Assembly: GCF_009914755.1 (NCBI RefSeq)
Contig: NC_060931.1
Origin: the human T2T-CHM13v2.0 reference genome, Homo sapiens
Length of the DNA: 64,000 bases
Direction: 5' to 3' (one strand)
Of this stretch, positions 30,267 to 45,298 are shown in pieces. The notes under the pieces were generated by a model. That model was not told where the DNA came from and did not search any database. It saw only the letters and a program-made list of their open reading frames with translations. The number at the start of each line of letters is the position of its first letter. Positions within the stretch are counted from its first letter, which is position 1. Made by a program: the position numbers and the translations under genes.

Positions 30267-32749
30267 GCAGGTCTTCAGGAGTGCCTTTCACCAGTCCTTA
30301 GTCCTGGCCCACTGGCCTCTTGGGTCTGCCTTTCTTTTCAGCTTCCACAGGGAGCTTGGGGTGTGGGAATCTGCGCTGAGGCCCCTGTGCTGCCTGCCCA
30401 GGATCCCTGGGGAGCCACTTCTCTCAGGGGTCTCCCAGCACCTTTGCTGTGCTGCTGGGAAGTGGGATGCGGCCCCTTCTCTCAGGGCTTCCTGGCCTGC
30501 CTCTCACTTGCCTTTCTCATTCCATCAAGTATGTGGGTAGCGGGAAGGGGAAACTCTGGGGCCTGAGGGTACCCCCTACCTTCATCTTCCTGGCCATGTG
30601 TGTTCTCACATCCCCTCCTCTGGCCATCTCTCTGAGGCTGATGCTGTTGGAAACAAGGTCAAGGCGCCTCTCAGGCCTTTTCTTCTTCTGATTCTATCCC
30701 TCTCTTCCGGCAAAGAGCAGGAGCCTGCTAGTGCCTACATGGGAGGGCAGGGCCACCAGGGCGACAGTGTTGTGTGTGCGGGTGGAAGCACAGGGAGCTA
30801 TCTATTGTGATGAACCCCAGCAAGGAGGGAGGAATGTGGCTACGAGCGATGCCTGGATTGCTGCTTGATTTTTCTAACACTTTCCTACTTCTCGCCTGCA
30901 GATAAAGCAGCAGCAGAAAAAATGGAAGCCATTTTGGTTAACGGGTCACATCTTAGCAGTTGGCAGAGTAAGAAGCGGAAGGATCCACTGGTCAGAAATG
31001 GAGATTGAGGAGAAGCTGAGAGCACGGAGGGCTTCAGGGGAGAGCCTGTCCTTTGGAAAAGCGGGCAGTTTGCACTCGTGGTAGATGAGTGGGGAGGCCG
31101 CTCAGTCTCTCTGCCCCTTTGCACATGCTGCACCCGTTTAGTTTGACGTCGTGGAGAGCTCCTCCAGGCACGGGCTGTGTGAAAGGGTTTAAAAGTTTGG
31201 GGGCATGGCTGGGGGTCCCCGCATGAGGGGTGCTGTGTAGGCTCCCATCTTTTCTGCCGGTCATGCTGGGAGCCAACAGCACCGGCTCCTGACGTGGGGA
31301 CTTGCCCTGTGCCATGACGTGGGGACTCGCCCTGTGCCCTGCGCCCCGGTTCCTGCTGGTTCTGTGCCTTCTGGACTCATTTCCTTTCCAGGGTCCGCAA
31401 CCGCTTCCGACACAATCACTATTTTGGCTGCGGCCACGGCTTCATTCGCTTCAGCTGCGAGCTTTTCTCAGCGCAGAGAGCACAGGGAAGCTGGGAGGAG
31501 TCCGCCTAGATGGGTAAGGACGGTATTTTTGGCAGCAGTTCCGGGGACCCTCCCCTGATCAGCCTGCACTTCCGCCCTGGGTTGAGGGGAGCATTTCCAG
31601 CGAGGGGGCGAAGAGGTGAGAGCAGCTGGGGAGAGCCAGGGGCTGAGGGCCCTTTGCTTTCTGAAGTGTGGCGTCATCACGGGTGCTGAAGGAGACACAG
31701 GGTGGCTGCGTGATCAGTCTCTGCCCTGGAATCTCTGTGTTCAGCCCATGTCATCTTCTCAGGAGTGATGGAAGCTCCCACTGGAGAACACTTTCTGGTC
31801 TTGAGCCCCCCGATCTCTTGATCCCTATGGCAGTGAGCCCCGACTCTTGCTCTGGTCGCCACTGGATCATCTGTGGGTGTTGGCAGGAACCTGAAGGTGT
31901 TGGAAGGGGTTGAGGGTAACGCATAGCCTGTGCTAGAATATGTGGGGGAATGTCCACAGGAGACGGGATGGAAGAGAGAGAAGAGGACGCCCCTGCTTCC
32001 AGGGGCAAGTGGGTACAACCAGAGGACGGGACAATGTTCCCCTGGAGAATGGCCCAGGCTCCATCTAGACCTGGCTGGTCCCAGTCCCAGGCTTGTCCTA
32101 GGTCCTTGGCATCCGTGCTGGTAGCAACCCCAGGGCCACCCTCAGCGTCTCATGACGTCTACCCTTCTCTGGCCCCTGTAGAAATTATGTTCAAGAGAAA
32201 ACACCCGGGGGGTCACAATGATAACAATAACACCACCACCTGTGCCCCGTGGGTGTGAGGCTGTCATGGAGAAAGCAGAGCTCCTGAAGGGGCCTCAGCT
32301 GAGAAACGGCTAGAATTTCCTGTGTGGGTTGTGGGGAGTGACTATGGAATTCAGAGGCAGAGCGGAATCTACTTGGGCTGTTGTGGCAGGAACCTAGACT
32401 CCAGAGGGACCCTGGTTAGGCTCTCAGAGAAGGGAGCCCCGGAAAGTGAGCCAAGGAACGGGCCTTTGTCCCCAAGGCTGGAGCCACAGGCTCTGTTTCC
32501 CTGGCCAGAGGCAAGGGGGGCCCTTTGGGGTCTCATGGTTCAGGTGGCCTCTTCTTTCTTAGGCCTCTTCCTCCAGATCCCCACTCCCCCCACGGGGCAC
32601 AGCCCCATGTGTGGAGTCGGCCTTGACTCTGCCCTTCAGTCTCCCTGCCCAGAGCCGGCTGCACCGGCTGTCATTCCCCAGTCCCGCTTCCCGCAGGCCC
32701 CTACCCAGATACTGATGCTGTGGCACCCACCACCACATGGGGGACCCTG

Positions 32750-32930
32750 GGCAAAGCGTTAGTGCTTGACAGACATTGGGTCCTCCGGTCCCCCTCCAGT
32801 GCCATGAGCTAACAGTTGTATCCCCATCACACAGATGACAAAACTGGGAGGCAGCACGGTTCATGAGCTTGTGCAAGTTCACACAGGGCGTGATTGACGG
32901 GGCTGGGATTCAGATGCAGTTAGGACACTG
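32750..32930 (-). mobile_element. MIR fragment
   Basis: tatccccatcacacagatgacaaaactgggaggc...cttgtgcaagttcacacag...gctgggattc. Confidence 0.65.
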
Positions 32931-33874
32931 CCTTATCTCAGGCTCTGCTGCTCCCCAGACTTCTTGGCCCTGACGCTCCTTTCGAGGTTATGGAACTCTC
33001 TTGAATGTCTCTGTTGGCTGCAGCCAGCCAATTAATTACCCTGCATGAATGGGGACTATGGGTGACAGTTTCCGCTGTCCCAAGTTCTGGCTGAAGTCTC
33101 CATTCTATTGGGTTAGGGGCCAGATGCCTGAGGACCTGCAGGAGGCCAGGGCTGCATGCTGAATGAGAACTTTACCAGGGCCACCAAGTCCTTCTGAGCA
33201 CAGGTGCTGCTCCCTGCAGTCAGGACATGCTGGCCGGGGTCTCTGACCTTCACCTGGAATGCTCCTGGAAGCCCCTGTGTGACAATCTCCACCACAGTCA
33301 GCTGCAGCCTCACAGGCCTTGTGTCATTTCCCACTATAGGACCAGGGAACCAGGCTGACCAGAAGACCTACGAGGAGAAATAGAAAGCTTGGGAGGTTGA
33401 AGTGGAAAGCCAGGTGTCCATTTCTCTGCCTGCAGAATGAGTCCCCAGGGAGCCCAGCGGCCAGGGCAAGGTGTCAGGGGCCCCGTCACAGCTGCGGGAA
33501 GGCCACATGGGGGGCAGCTGTGGGCATGGGGCCAGAGCCCAGGAAGCTGTGGCTCTGGGGGAGGGTTTGTGCCCCTGGGATGTCTGAATGCAGCTCTGGG
33601 GTGGGGCCAGCCTGGGCCTGGAGCTCCTGCAGGCTGGTCTAGTGCCAGGCCCGGGGGAAGGCAGAGTCAGAGACTGGGGGACTTTGCTTCTGCTCACTGT
33701 GTCTCCAGTGTCAGGAGCTGGCTCAGGACTCGTGAATGTCCACATCAGAAGAGGGGCTTAAGCCATGAGGATTGAGGCTTCCCTCCAGACCTGAGTGGGT
33801 GGGGAGGGGAGAGGGTGAGGGCAATGGCCACACCTGCTCCATCCACTCCCTGGAATAAAGGAGTGGTGTTTTTT

Positions 33875-33990
33875 TCATTCCTCACTCACTCATTCTTCCA
33901 TCCCTGGTGTGCCAGGCCCCGTTTTGGTGCTGGAATAGAGTCATAAGCAAGACAGACATAGTCCCCACCTTCAGAAAGCTTTTGTTTGGT
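33875..33990 (-). mobile_element. L2 3' end fragment
   Basis: cattcctcactcactcattc...tgtgccaggc...aagacagacatagtccc. Confidence 0.6.
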
Positions 33991-34076
33991 GCAATGGTGT
34001 GGAAATGCATCTTGAATATTACAGAGGAACAATTTGGAGTGGAGCTCAAGTCATTCCAGAAACTCCCACTTTTTAA

Positions 34077-34398
<322 letters not shown>

Positions 34399-34410
34399 GT
34401 CCCCACTTAA

Positions 34411-34775
<365 letters not shown>

Positions 34776-35684
34776 TAGTGAGGTGCTGGGAAAACCCTGG
34801 GATCATATGAAGTTGCTGTGGAATTTTACAGGAATTGCCCCTCCCTCTCTGTTTGGGTGATCCTTCTCTTTTGGTGGATTTTTTCATTTCAAAATCAGGT
34901 CTCTTGCCAGCTTTTAACTACCATTGACTCATAGTTTTTACCTTCACAAAGCTGTTTGCTACCACTATCAATCACTCAGAGTTTAAGAACTTTCTATTTC
35001 CACTCCTGATTATTGTCTGTGGGCCTCTTATGACTGCCTGTATCTCTCTAGAATCTTCCAGAAGCAACATGACTCTTTTAGGCCTTTGCTGCCAGCTAAG
35101 AAGGTGAAGAAAAGTCACCACTGCAATAAAAAGAGGGCACTTTGTCTTACTTGGCAATAAACCACCACCAGCAGCAGCAGCAATAGCAGCACCCCCACCC
35201 CCACCAAACCCAAAACAAACAAGAAAAGCAAAAGGAAACCTGTAAGCAAAGCCCAGGGGAGCTGTGTTGAATGTAGGTCCAGAGTGGGGTTGAGGGCTGC
35301 AGCTGGGCACAGGGTGCCTGCGCTCCAGCAAGAGTGCAGGCTGGAAGAAAGTCATTCTTTATCATCTCATTGGCCCTTGGATGGTGTCGAGAAGATTTAG
35401 AAATATTTTTATCCTCTTTATTTTTAGTCGTTTTCAGTGAGAGGATTGGCATGAAGAATCCTTGGGACACAGGAATCAATCAAGACCTTTGGATGCCCCT
35501 GCCTGCTCTGTCTCTAGAAGCCTCAAGCCCAGCATCCCCATGCCGACGTGCTCATCTCTAGCAAAACACCAGCCTCTCAGCCCTCTCTCCATAAAGGCCA
35601 CTAGAAAGTACTGTGATGCCAGGCTGCTCCACATCCAGGCAGCCTGGGTGACCACTGCCCTTTATGAGAATCAGAAAAAGCTGT

Positions 35685-35843
35685 CTCCCGAGTAGTTGGA
35701 ATTACAGGTGCATGCCACCATGCCTGGCTAATTTTTGTATTTTTAGTAGAGATGGAGTTTCACTATGTTGGCCAGGCTGCTCTTGAACTCCTGACCTCAA
35801 ATGATCCACCCGACTCGGCCTCCCAAAGAGCTGGAATTACAGG
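35685..35843 (-). mobile_element. Internal AluS fragment lacking head and tail
   Basis: Runs from ctcccgagtagttggaattacagg to ctcccaaagagctggaattacagg. Confidence 0.9.
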
Positions 35844-36091
35844 AGAAGCTAAACGTTTTAAAATAAGTATATTATTTCTGAATTACTATAACAGACATGG
35901 ACTCCATTTGAACAAGATACTTAATTCCATCAAAAACTTGTCAAAATATACAAATTTAGTCACAAGACACTTTACTACCATCTACCAAAGCTGTAGTAAA
36001 CACACACATTTTCCATCTTTGAAATGAAATAACGTATAATAATGTTTTCCAAAATAACAAAGATGTCTGCAGTGAATAGCACTCCCTTTGA

Positions 36092-36455
<364 letters not shown>

Positions 36456-37212
36456 TTATTGTTTCTATTTGTAATAAATCTGTTCCCCTTGCTGCTGTCT
36501 CTGCGTTAGTTCTCCTCATTTCTAGCTTGGGTGCTGCAGCAGCCTCTGACTGGTCCTTCTGTCTCCAGCCTGACTGCGTTTTCTCGCACCTGCTGGGCTG
36601 TCTTAGGGCCCCGATGCCGGTGGCGTTTGCCATTCTCCGTCTGCCTGAGGCGTCCTCCCTCCGTCATCTGACAGGCAAATGTTACAGCCCTTCAAGACTT
36701 AGGCATTACCTTTCCCGCGCGGCCTTCCCTTCACTGTGCCTTACAATCTTCTCCATGGCAGGACATAGTGAAACTCCGTCTCTACCACTCCGTCAGTACC
36801 TGCCACAGGAAATGGCGGGTTTACGGATTTGTTTATAAGTTTATTTCCCCAATTGGTTGTTTTTCCATCTTGCGGGGTTTACATCGTCTCCTCCTCACTT
36901 GCGTGGCAGCCTGGACGCATCTCTATCACAGCACATTACCTCGTTTCGTGACCACAGCGTAGTCTCTTCCCCATCCTCAGACTGAGTTAGGGCCCCTTTG
37001 AGTCAGGTATTTGCCTTGCTAATCTTTGTGCCCTCTGTGTCTAATACGGTGCTTGGTCCTGGTAGATTTCTCCTTGCTTGCATAACATGTGTCTTCCTGG
37101 CTTATTCGATTTCTGGAAGTCTAGAACTTCTCCCCAGTGTTTCACCTGCCTGCTGAGTCAGGGCTCTCGGCCCGCTGGGGAGCATTTTGCTGCACTTGTC
37201 ATTAGCCACAAA

Positions 37213-37227
37213 GCCACTAGGGGGCAG
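37213..37227 (+). promoter_or_regulatory. CTCF motif, forward orientation
   Basis: GCCACTAGGGGGCAG is a perfect match to the CCASYAGRKGGCR core, ~1.8 kb upstream of GIMAP8 exon 1. Confidence 0.7.
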
Positions 37228-38091
37228 GGAGCCCCCATCCTGCCTCAGATCGGTGCCAAACCAGAACCCGGCAGCCTGCCTTCTGCACGGAAATCAATTC
37301 TCTAGGAGCTGATTTGCTGAAAGATCATTTTGCAAAATGGTCAACTCAGCAAATAATCGACTTGCTGAATCTTTGAGGAGTTATTTGCAGCTTCAGTTTT
37401 ACTTAGAGCAATCCCTGGATGCTTAATATTTCATTTAAGAATGAGTGAGCCTTTTCTTCTCTATTTTGGGGAAACAGTTTCTTGCTGAGCCTCTGCCTCT
37501 GTTAGTACCCCAGCGGGGATGAACTGCAGTACCTGGCTTCGGGTTTTTGTCTTTTCATTATAATGAGTTGGTTTTATGTGCGTTGACCTACTGTAAAGGA
37601 AGGGTGGGGTTCTTCCAAAATAGATCCTCTTTCAATGAGGAGACAGGTAGAGTGGGACATGGGAAGGGCTTTGTCAGCTTTCCCCATCAAGATGTGTCCT
37701 GTGTGTCCCCAAAGCTCTTCTTGAGCCATCCCAGCATAACCAGGGTTTCCCTCAGGTTCATAACAAGGTAGAGCAGTCCTCAAGGCTGGCGCATGAAGAC
37801 CAGTCCAGGGGGAGGGTGGATCCCTCGGGATGTGATAGGCTGACAGCAGCTCCCCAAAGCCTGTGGTTTTGACTACTGTAGAGACTTCATATCTGAAGCA
37901 TGCCCCTCTACTTCAGCCACCCCCACTGCTCCTCCTTCTGCGGGGTCCCTTTGGAAAGCTTAGCACCACCTCAGACATTTGGAAAACTAACTTGAGCTCC
38001 AGTCCCTCGAGGCCCTAGCCTCTGCATCCTGTGAAGAGGGCCCTGCTGTGCAGAGCGCAGAGGGTCCCGCACTCACTTGGATGAACCTCTA

Positions 38092-38690
<599 letters not shown>

Positions 38691-38879
38691 AAGAAGTCTT
38701 CCTCCGTGTTTGACTTCCTTATGAAGTAGAGACCAGGTAGTTTGGACACTATGTTCTTTCACAAAAGGGATTTCATTTTGTGAAATATTTGAAAGCATCG
38801 AAGTCTAGCATTTCACGTTTTGCAAGCTGGGGAAAAGCATTCATTCCCTGAGAAGCAGCGTTGGTCTGTCAGGCTTGGA

Positions 38880-39060
38880 GTTCCCCGGGTTGTGGGTTTT
38901 AGGGAAGGGAAGGGAAGCGAGGAAGGACTTGTGAGAGGAAGTCCTAAAGGCCACTTAAGGGCACACAGAGGCCCGGAGCTGGCTTTGCTCAGAGCTTGTA
39001 GCGGCGCCACAATCTCTGTCCTCTCAGGAACAGGAACTGGCTTGACGTCCTTTTCCTGCC
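38880..39060 (+). promoter_or_regulatory. GIMAP8: GIMAP8 promoter region, TATA-less and ETS-motif rich
   Basis: Clustered GGAAG/GGAAC motifs (gaggaagt, caggaac twice) and TGACGT next to a GC/CpG-enriched first exon. The exact TSS cannot be determined from sequence. Confidence 0.6.
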
Positions 39061-39526
39061 CTATCCAAGCCCCTGTTCTTGCAGCCCTTCTGAAGCTCAG
39101 CCTGGCACCGGCCCCGGCGCCCCAGCCCCTGGCCAAGCCTCTGCTGTCATTTCTCCTCCCTCCTCTCAGTCTGCAGCTGCGGGACGGGCCGGGCTCCTCA
39201 GTTTCTGCTGTGTTGTGACCCCACGAGGCGCTCAGCACCCAGGGAAGGCGCGTGTGTCCCCGATGCTGGCTCCTCCCTGAGCCCCGACGGCTCTCGAGGT
39301 TCTGAGCCTGTGGCCTGCACAGGGAACTTCCTCTCCGACTGCATTTATGCCTCTGTGGATGTGAAGGCTATTTCTAGAAATCTCTTCCTTTGCAGAAACA
39401 CCCGAAACCCTCCTGCCAGGAAGACCAGGGCCTGGGAAGAGGGTCGCTCTCCGGCCATTCTCCCCTCACCCTCCTCACCTTCCTCACATCCTGTGCCCTG
39501 GGGGACCAGCAGCTGCTTCCACCCAG
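38980..39526 (+). other. GIMAP8: GIMAP8 exon 1 (5' UTR); start approximate
   Basis: GC-rich segment ending in a strong donor CAG|GTGAGA at 39526/39527. A non-coding first exon ~15.5 kb upstream of the ATG exon agrees with the recalled gene structure. Confidence 0.7.
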
Positions 39527-40896
39527 GTGAGAGATGGAGGGATAGAGCCAGGTGGATTGCGGAGCCTCGGAGACTGTGGGACGCCGTGGGACCCCATGGG
39601 ACACGACCGCAGTGCATGTGTGACATGTGCACTCGTGTGTAGATGTGTGTGCACTGGTGCATGGCTGTGGGGGAGGATGGGCTTGGCACCGGGAAGGCAG
39701 CCTGCTCAGCCATGGGAGAGGAGGCTGGGTTGAATGGCAGAGTTGAATGGCAGGGGCCCTGGGAAGCTTTCCTCCTGGTCCAAAGCGTGTCTCCCCAGCC
39801 TGCTGGGGAGTAGATTCGGCAGGATGGGGACAGAGGCATATTCCCAGACATCTATGAGAGTGGCTGTCCTAAAAGAAGGCGTGTCGGGGAGTGGGTGTGA
39901 GCCCTGAAGAGGAGGAGGGCTGAGACTGGCAGAAGGGAGGAAGAAGCAGGCGGAAGCAGCCGGTCAGATGCCCCATGAAGCTAGATGGTGCCGCAGAGCA
40001 GCCCCCAGGAGGAAGCCAGCGGAGCTCCTCCCGCAAAGCAGGGGGTGGGGGATGCTGATTTTTCCACGTCTGCTTTTCTGATCTTTCCTGCCCCTTGCAC
40101 AGTTAGGATTCTGTGAACTGGGCATTGGAGGGATTGGAGGGGTCAAGACCTTACCAAAAGCAATATTTCTGATTTCACCTACATTTCAGCCAACCTGGTC
40201 CTCAGCAGTTAACCTCTTCCCTTCCTCTTGATGGTTGCCCTGCTGGGCTGGGTCTAAGGTCTTCCCCACGCTGGGCTCTGGAGGCATCTCCAACCATCCT
40301 GCTCTGTAAGTGGGAACTGCGATTAGATGTGGGATGAATCCCCGCATGGCTGGATGCTGTGCTCAGATGCCTGAGTCCACGTTTGCCTTGGGCTGTTTCC
40401 TGAGAAGGAGGCAGAGGCTGCCTTTACAGTCTTCAGTGAATTATAGGAAGAACGCTCTCTTTTTCTCTCAGTTGCTCTGCTGGGGTCTCCAGAGTGGCCT
40501 GGGAAATTGAGCAGAGGGAAATGTGGGCTGGCAGAGCGTGAGTGAGGGTGAGTTTGGGTACCTTTTTGTCCTTAAGTGCACTTTCTACATGTTGGGGTGA
40601 AGTGCTACTGGCTGGGAAGCTGTATGTGTGGTAGGAGTGTGCATGTGCGTGTGTGTATGTGGGTGTGTGTGTGTAGGTCCTGACATCATGTGGAGCTGCA
40701 GGCAGGAGTCCAGCCAAGACTCATTGGTTTGGTCATACTCTGCTGGGGAACCATGCAAGGCTGTGTCGCTTAATTGGGAAAGAAATTTCTTTCTTCTTCA
40801 GACCTGTGGGAGGCCTCTGCTTCCTTCAGCTTGCTGTTTTCTCACTAGTGTCTTTTTTTCTTAAATTAATTTACAGAGACATCTCACTTCACTTGC

Positions 40897-41010
40897 ATAT
40901 ATATGTGTGTGTGTATGTATATATGTATATATATGTATATATGTATGTATATATGTATATATGTGTATATATGTATATATATGTGTGTATATGTGTGTGT
41001 GTGTGTGTGT

Positions 41011-41062
<52 letters not shown>
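40897..41062. repeat. Compound (TA)n/(TATG)n/(TG)n microsatellite including (AT)22
   Basis: Directly visible. Confidence 0.97.
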
Positions 41063-41250
<188 letters not shown>

Positions 41251-41989
41251 TAAAAACCGTTTTTCTTCTTTTCTTCACATTTCTGTCTCTCCTGTGATCG
41301 TTCATTCCTTTACCTCCACGTATTGGGCATATACTACATGCCAGGCACAATGTTAGGGCCTGGGGACACAGAACAAAACAGGCATGTTTGGAGTTTCAGC
41401 ACATGCTGTTATGGAGCTTTGTACCAAGGGTAGTACAGAGAACATTTAGACATTTAAAAATAAAATTAATAAATAATTATAAAATATAAATAATATCAGA
41501 TAGAATCAATGTTATGAAGAAAATTGAGGAGAGAGAGGAGATAGGGCATTAGTGTGAGAGCTTCTCTCCATAGGGTGTATCTGGGTGAAAGATGCTCTTA
41601 GAAGATCCCCGGTGCTGATTAGGTTTGAACCCACCGGAAATATTTTTCCCCTGGTGGACCGGTTCTGAGGTTCTGAGGTGTCTGAAGCTGCGGTGGGCTC
41701 TGCCCCGTGCCGTGCAGCCATCCAGATGATTCCAGAGAGAGGCCTCTGCCAAGGCCCTTGTGGGCTTTGCCTCGCCCTTTTCGAAAGTGGGCCCTGCCAC
41801 TGCCTTTACTACCTCCCTGGGTCATTCCCTGCAGTGCAGCCTCTCCCCTGAGTGCCACAGACCCCATTTTTTGAAAAGGTATGAACCACCAAATTGCTGC
41901 ACAGAAAAAGGGCTTTCCCACTCTTCACTTTCTTCGGCGTATCTGCTGCATTTTGCTTGTTCTTCAAGTCAATAACCATCAACTCAGAA

Positions 41990-42900
41990 ACAAGTATTTA
42001 TCAGATACTTTCTTTATGTTGTAGATACAGTGGTGAGAAAAACAGAGCAAGTCCTTATTCTCATGGAACTCACCTGTAGTGGTGGCAGACTAAAAAGCAC
42101 TAAGCAACTAAATGCAGATGTGAAGGGTGACAGTAGTGGGTGTTGGGTACGGGGCGGGGGGCACAGAGGAGTCACGACTCTTAGGGTGGCAGTGGTGGGT
42201 GCTGGGTATGGGGCGGGGGTGCCCGTGGGGCATAGAGGGGTGGACAGCTCTTAGGGTGGCAGTGGCGGGTGCTAGGTATGGGGTGGGGGTGTCAGTGGGG
42301 CACAGAGGCATGGACAGCTCTTTAATAGCGGGTGGAGGCTGGAGAGGGCCTCCTGTACTAAGGGGACAGTGTGATAGAGACCTAAGGGAAGTGCTCAGGC
42401 ACATGTCTTGCACATGTCTGCAAGGGACAATGCCCCAGTTCAGATGAACAGCAAGCATGTTTGAAGTACAGCGCAGGCTGATGTGACTATGGCACACAAT
42501 GTGAGGGGAAGGGGGTGGGAGATGAGGTCAGAGAGCAGCTGGGCACAAGGTAGGGTCTCGTGACCACTATAAAGGCTTTGCCTTTTACTTTGAATGGGTG
42601 GAGAGTCACTGGGGGTGGGGGGAGGTTTAGAATGAAGCGTGACATTACCTGTCTCTTGTTTTAACAGGAGAGGAGAACTGTGGCTATTGGTGGACAATAG
42701 ACAGCTGGAGAAGGGTGGAAACCGGGGAGCAGTGTTAATATTACTGCAAAAGTCCAAAGAGGAGCTGATGACCAGTTCAATCTGGAAAAGTTAGGAAAGG
42801 CTTGACATGGAGCCTCAGAGTCCTTGGGCTAAGTGATGGAGAATGGGTAGGAACGTTCCAGGCAGACAGGAGGATGGGGTGCAGGCAAGGGTGTGCTGGA
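41990..42900 (-). mobile_element. L2 fragment(s) hosting a G-rich tandem repeat
   Basis: caagtccttattctcatggaactcacctgtagtgg, ggagatgaggtcagagag, aaggctttgccttttactttgaatg. Confidence 0.65.
42122..42320 (+). repeat. G-rich minisatellite with ~70-bp unit, three copies
   Basis: Units 42181-42250 and 42251-42320 both start ttagggtggcagtgg and end tggacagctc; a shorter diverged copy lies at 42122-42180. Confidence 0.9.
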
Positions 42901-42974
42901 CCATCTGGGAAGCTGTAGCTAAGGTGTCAGTGGAGAGATGGGGCCTTGATTGTGGAAGGTACCACAGTAACAGG

Positions 42975-43940
<966 letters not shown>

Positions 43941-43999
43941 CTTGACTCTTCATGTGGGATCATTTAGGAATGCTCATTTTTAACTAAAGGTGGCTTAAA

Positions 44000-44165
44000 C
44001 CAGAGCTTGTTAAATTTGAATGTGCACGAGGATAACCTGGGTCTTGTTAAATTGTAGATTCTGATTCAGTACATCTGGGGCAGGGTCTGATTCTGCAGTT
44101 CTAATGAGATCCCAGTTCTTGGCGATGTTGCTACTCTGTGAATTGCACTTTGATTAACAAGCTCT
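44000..44165. mobile_element. MER5-type hAT DNA transposon
   Basis: cttgttaaattgtagattctgattcagtacatctggggcaggg core. Confidence 0.6.
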
Positions 44166-44536
44166 TAAATCATCAGAATATTAAGTGCTCATTTAACAAA
44201 GAGTTGGTCTCTGGGATATTCTGGGAGCTCAGTGACAGCAGCAGAAATCCAGGTGCCTTTTATCTTTCTGCTTGGTGGCACAGGTTGACTTTTTGTTTTA
44301 ATATTTGTGACCTTATTGCCCCATACTATCTGCCACAATTCCAGATATCACACTTCAATCCCATGCAAGAAGTGGGAGGAGATGACAACAGGAACTGTCT
44401 ACTTGAGTCTGTCTCTATCACCAAGGAAATAGTACTAATATTCCCAGAAGTTCCAAGCAGACTTTCATGTAACTGTCATCTGGTAGAGCTGGGTCACATA
44501 GACAACCCTAGTTAGAAGGGAAGCTGGGAGACAGAG

Positions 44537-45032
44537 TGTATTAGTTTCCTATTGCTGCTGTAACAAATTGCCACAAACTTAGTGGCTAAAACCCCACCAA
44601 TTTATTTTACAGTTCTGGAGGTCAAAAGTGCTGAAATCAAGGTTTTCTGGGCAGCAATATGGTCCTTCTGCAGGTTCTATGGAATAATCCATTTCCTCAC
44701 CTTTTCCAGCTTCTAGAAGCCACCTTCATCCCCTCAACTCCTGGCTCCTGCTCCTTCCTCTGTCTTTAAAGCTAGCAATGTGGCATCTTCAAGTCCCTCT
44801 GTCTCTGTGACCTCTGCCTCTGTCCTCCTGTCTCCTTCTCACTCTGACTTTCCTGCATCCCTGTTATAAGGACCCTCCTACAGACCACTGAGCCCACCTG
44901 GATGATCCAAGATTATCTGTCTCAAAATTCTTAATAACATTGGCAAGGCCCCTTTTACCATGTAAAGTAACACAGCCACAGATTCTAGGGATTAGCATGT
45001 GGACACCTTGGGCGACCATTCTGTCTACAACA
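44537..45032 (-). mobile_element. MLT1 (B/C-type) MaLR LTR
   Basis: tgtattagtttcctattgctgctgtaacaaattgccacaaacttagtggc ... attctgtctacaaca. Confidence 0.8.
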
Positions 45033-45298
45033 GAAAGTACTTAGATTCCCCCTCTCCAGCATTTATAGTGGGCGATGTGTAAAAGAGAAGGGGATTAGTT
45101 TGTTTAGCCAATCAACAGTGTCATTTTTTTCAATATGGAAAAATGTTAAAATTAGTTGCCTACCTCATACTATACACAAAAGCAAATTCCAGAGAGATTA
45201 AAGTTCTAAATTGTGTAAGAAATATTTAGAAGAAAATAAAGAATATCTCTTTGATGTCATGATAAAAACAGAATTTTTAAATTAAAAAATGCACAGTG

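Noticed and set aside
35162-35190. Short CCA/GCA trinucleotide run
   Set aside because: Too short and interrupted to matter, and not in a supported coding frame.
42122-42320. Tandem units as a CRISPR-like or interstitial telomeric array
   Set aside because: No unique spacers, eukaryotic context and only one TTAGGG per unit.
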